DNA of 36,916 nucleotides from IMG/VR virus record IMGVR_UViG_3300005405_000060, positions 1 through 36,916 of that record. One strand, written 5' to 3'. Each line of letters starts with the position of its first letter. Positions within the stretch are counted from its first letter, which is position 1. A model generated the notes under the pieces. That model made no database searches and was not told where the DNA came from. It worked only from the letters and a program-made list of their open reading frames with translations. The translations under genes were made by a program, and so were the position numbers. This stretch comes from a virus. Taxonomy: Duplodnaviria; Caudoviricetes. Below, one piece after another: positions 34,747 to 36,916 of the stretch.

Positions 34747-35658
34747 ATGAAAATTGCTATAATCGCCGGTCATGCATCGAACACGGCCGGCAAACGTACG
34801 CCGCCGATGCTGGCCGATATCGACATAAACGGCGATGGTGTTTACGACATCCTGAAGGGGACACAGTACCGCGAACATTATGCGAATGTCGGAGTTGCGT
34901 CCAAATTGGACACCGCGCTGCGGCGCTGCGGCTTTGAGACCTTTAATGTCGGCTGGGACGATGACGATGCGACCAACGATACGCTCGGCGACGACAGCGC
35001 CGGTCTCGCAAAGCGTCAGGCTTTGGTTAAGGCGGCATTGTGCGAAATTTCTGTCGCTGTGCATTTCAACGCTGTAGGTGACGGAGCATCCTTTAACAGC
35101 GCGACGGGCGTCTGTACCTACATCCATTCGGTGCCGGCGCGTGTGGGTGACAGTGCGGCTCTGGCGGCGCTGGTACAGGCTCAGCTCGCCCAGGGCACGG
35201 AGCAGGTCGACAGGGGAGTGCATGCTGACAGGTTCGCCGAGGTCAACTGTCAGGCTATGGGAACAGATGCGTCAATCCTTGTCGAGCTCGCGTTCATGAC
35301 GAACTGGGAAGAGGCATCGAAGCTGATGGCGAACGAGGCCTTCTGGCTCGAGTGTGCCGAAGAGATCTGCCGCGGCATCTGCGAATATACCGGGGTGCCC
35401 TATATCGCAAGAGAGGAGGACGACACGGTGAGATACAAAACTCTAAATGACATTCCAAACGACTACGGCTTGAGAGATGTTGTCAACATTTTGATGGACG
35501 CTCAAATTATCAAGGGTGACGGCAGCGATCCGGACGGCAACAACGACGTTATAGATCTGTCTCATGATCAGGTAAGGAGCCTGGTATTCGAGTATCGCGG
35601 AGGAGCGTTCGACCGCAAGCTGATTGCTATGGGAATGACTCCCGCGGTGGATGCATGA
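34747..35658 (+). CDS. Endolysin, N-acetylmuramoyl-L-alanine amidase (Amidase_3)
   Basis: IAIIAGH, E, VAVHFNA, ILVELAFMTN. Confidence 0.92.
   Translation: MKIAIIAGHASNTAGKRTPPMLADIDINGDGVYDILKGTQYREHYANVGVASKLDTALRRCGFETFNVGWDDDDATNDTLGDDSAGLAKRQALVKAALCEISVAVHFNAVGDGASFNSATGVCTYIHSVPARVGDSAALAALVQAQLAQGTEQVDRGVHADRFAEVNCQAMGTDASILVELAFMTNWEEASKLMANEAFWLECAEEICRGICEYTGVPYIAREEDDTVRYKTLNDIPNDYGLRDVVNILMDAQIIKGDGSDPDGNNDVIDLSHDQVRSLVFEYRGGAFDRKLIAMGMTPAVDA
34897..34913. promoter_or_regulatory. 17-bp palindrome, copy 8 (in endolysin)
   Basis: GCGTCCAAATTGGACAC, one mismatch. Confidence 0.65.
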
Positions 35659-35915
35659 AGCCGGCAATGTCCAAGGTGATCGCGATTATTATTCTAATCG
35701 CCGACGTCATGCTCTCAGCCGCAACGCTCGGGCTCTGCTATCTCGCGATTATCAACAACTACAGCGGCTCTCTGCCGTTCCTGACGGCCCTCATCGGGAT
35801 GTATCAGGGGGCAACGGGCTATGTGCTCGGCAAGTACATGGACAAATCTAAAGCGGAAAACACCAAGGGCGGCATTATCTACGATACGGCCGTCAATCAG
35901 GACCGGGACTGTTAA
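35655..35915 (+). CDS. Two-TM membrane protein (holin-like)
   Basis: Two hydrophobic segments; KSKAENTKGGIIYD. Confidence 0.7.
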   Translation: MKPAMSKVIAIIILIADVMLSAATLGLCYLAIINNYSGSLPFLTALIGMYQGATGYVLGKYMDKSKAENTKGGIIYDTAVNQDRDC

Positions 35916-35947
35916 AAATTAACTGACATTTTGAAAGGTAGGTTTAT

Positions 35948-36292
35948 ATGGAAAACTTCAAGGAAATACTTCTCGCGCTAACCTTTGCGCTGGTCTGCAT
36001 GCTTCTTGCGAATGTCCTGAAGGAGCGAAAGCAGTACATACTCTCGCTGGTGTCCAATTTGGTCCAGAAGGTCGAAACGTCTATACAGGGCTCCGGCATG
36101 GGCGCCGAGAAGAAACGGCTCGTCATTGCGCAGCTCGAGGCGATGAACATCAGCGTTACGGTATGGCTCAGCAAGGCTATAGACGAGATTGTCGCCCAGT
36201 TGAACGAAAAACGGGCCTGGCTTACGGAGAACGCTAAGGACGGGCTGTCGGGGGCAGGGGATACGGTTAGCAGCAGTACTTCCGGTACATAA
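35948..36292 (+). CDS. Phage holin (LL-H-like)
   Basis: N-terminal TM; LVQKVE...GSGMGAEKKRLV...AIDEIVAQLN. Confidence 0.75.
   Translation: MENFKEILLALTFALVCMLLANVLKERKQYILSLVSNLVQKVETSIQGSGMGAEKKRLVIAQLEAMNISVTVWLSKAIDEIVAQLNEKRAWLTENAKDGLSGAGDTVSSSTSGT
36050..36066. promoter_or_regulatory. 17-bp palindrome, copy 9 (degenerate, in holin)
   Basis: GTGTCCAATTTGGTCCA, 14/17 match. Confidence 0.45.
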
Positions 36293-36306
36293 GAAAGGTC
36301 GGGCGT

Positions 36307-36495
36307 ATGGACCTATACAATGAAGAAATAGCACTTCGCAAGGAAATTTCTGATCTTGAGCGCGAGCTGCGGCGCAAGAGTTACATATCCGGTGGACTTA
36401 TGGCGTTGATCTTGAACACGGGAAGAAAGCGACTGATCGCGAGAGCGAAAAAGGTTCTCGTTGAAGCCGACGAAGCTTCCAAGAGCGCTTGCTAA
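36307..36495 (+). CDS. Small hypothetical protein
   Basis: ORF after holin, before terminator. Confidence 0.5.
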   Translation: MDLYNEEIALRKEISDLERELRRKSYISGGLMALILNTGRKRLIARAKKVLVEADEASKSAC

Positions 36496-36504
36496 ATAGA
36501 ATAA

Positions 36505-36540
36505 CAAAAAGTTGCGCCAACTACAGCGCAACTTTTTTGC
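36505..36540. terminator. Bidirectional terminator at end of late operon
   Basis: aaaaagttgcgc...gcgcaactttttt. Confidence 0.8.
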
Positions 36541-36699
36541 TATGATTACGGGTTTTTGTCAACTGAGGCGGTATTGGAATGTGGGTAACGCGATGGGTAG
36601 CGCTCAGCGTGCGAAGTGGGTAACAGAGAGGGTAGCAAGAGAAAATTACTAACCACGAGAGCACATTTTGCGTCGAAAGTTGTATTATAATCGGAACAT

Positions 36700-36807
36700 A
36701 GTAAAACCCGCAATGCACTGTGTTATCAATGCATTGCGGGTTTCTGGCGGAGAAGGAGGGATTTGAACCCTCGCGCGCTTTTGACACGCCTACTCCCTTA
36801 GCAGGGG
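36700..36807. repeat. Right att site
   Basis: Direct repeat of 4-111 apart from the 15-bp variable arm. Confidence 0.93.
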
Positions 36808-36836
36808 AGCCCCTTCGGCCTCTTGGGTACTTCTCC
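36745..36836 (-). tRNA. tRNA-Ser (GCT)
   Basis: GGAGAAG acceptor stem, anticodon arm ctccc-ctGCTaa-gggag, long variable arm, GGTTCAAATCC, encoded CCA. Confidence 0.95.
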
Positions 36837-36904
36837 ATGCCGAAAGACAATATATATGCACCGCGTTTCGAAAAAACATCCCGAAACTCTCTTGTAAGGA
36901 AGAA

Positions 36905-36916
36905 TGGCGGAGAGAG
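36905..36916 (-). tRNA. Probable 3' end of an adjacent host tRNA (cut by window edge)
   Basis: tggcggagagag = reverse complement of ...CTCTCTCCGCCA, a Ser-like acceptor end; only 12 nt visible. Confidence 0.45.

Larger units (their letters stand above)
4..36807. mobile_element. Complete temperate prophage (contractile tail, HK97-type head) integrated in tRNA-Ser(GCT)
   Basis: Terminal direct repeats containing the tRNA 3' half; integrase at the left end; ordered lysogeny, replication, packaging, head, tail and lysis modules. Confidence 0.96.

Noticed and set aside
36521-36850. 109-aa minus-strand ORF
   Set aside because: Overlaps the tRNA-Ser and att site

Overview
The window is one apparently complete ~36.8 kb temperate prophage of a Clostridia-like Firmicute, integrated at a minus-strand tRNA-Ser(GCT). 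The tRNA 3' half and its downstream hairpin are duplicated at both ends. Gene order: tyrosine integrase; type III ToxIN/AbiQ toxin-antitoxin; lipoprotein; CI/Cro switch; HTH initiator with iterons and a DnaB-type helicase; ParA/ParB; ASCH; methyltransferase; HUH Rep; Cys-rich Zn-ribbon; HNH; HK97-type packaging and head genes; an RHH + primase-polymerase moron; PBSX/Xkd-like contractile tail; three paralogous tail-tip genes; lysis genes. The three most unusual observations are: (1) an (AC)n tract in a short leader ORF whose three reading frames end at three different places relative to the tail-tip paralogs, a candidate three-state translational-coupling switch; (2) nine dispersed copies of a 17-bp palindrome GTGTCCAAWTTGGACAC, six inside genes and all six in the same codon frame (candidate ParB/parS or operator network); (3) a ~350-nt nested-stem non-coding region just upstream of terS (candidate structured RNA). 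All family assignments come from motif recognition and synteny, not from database searches.
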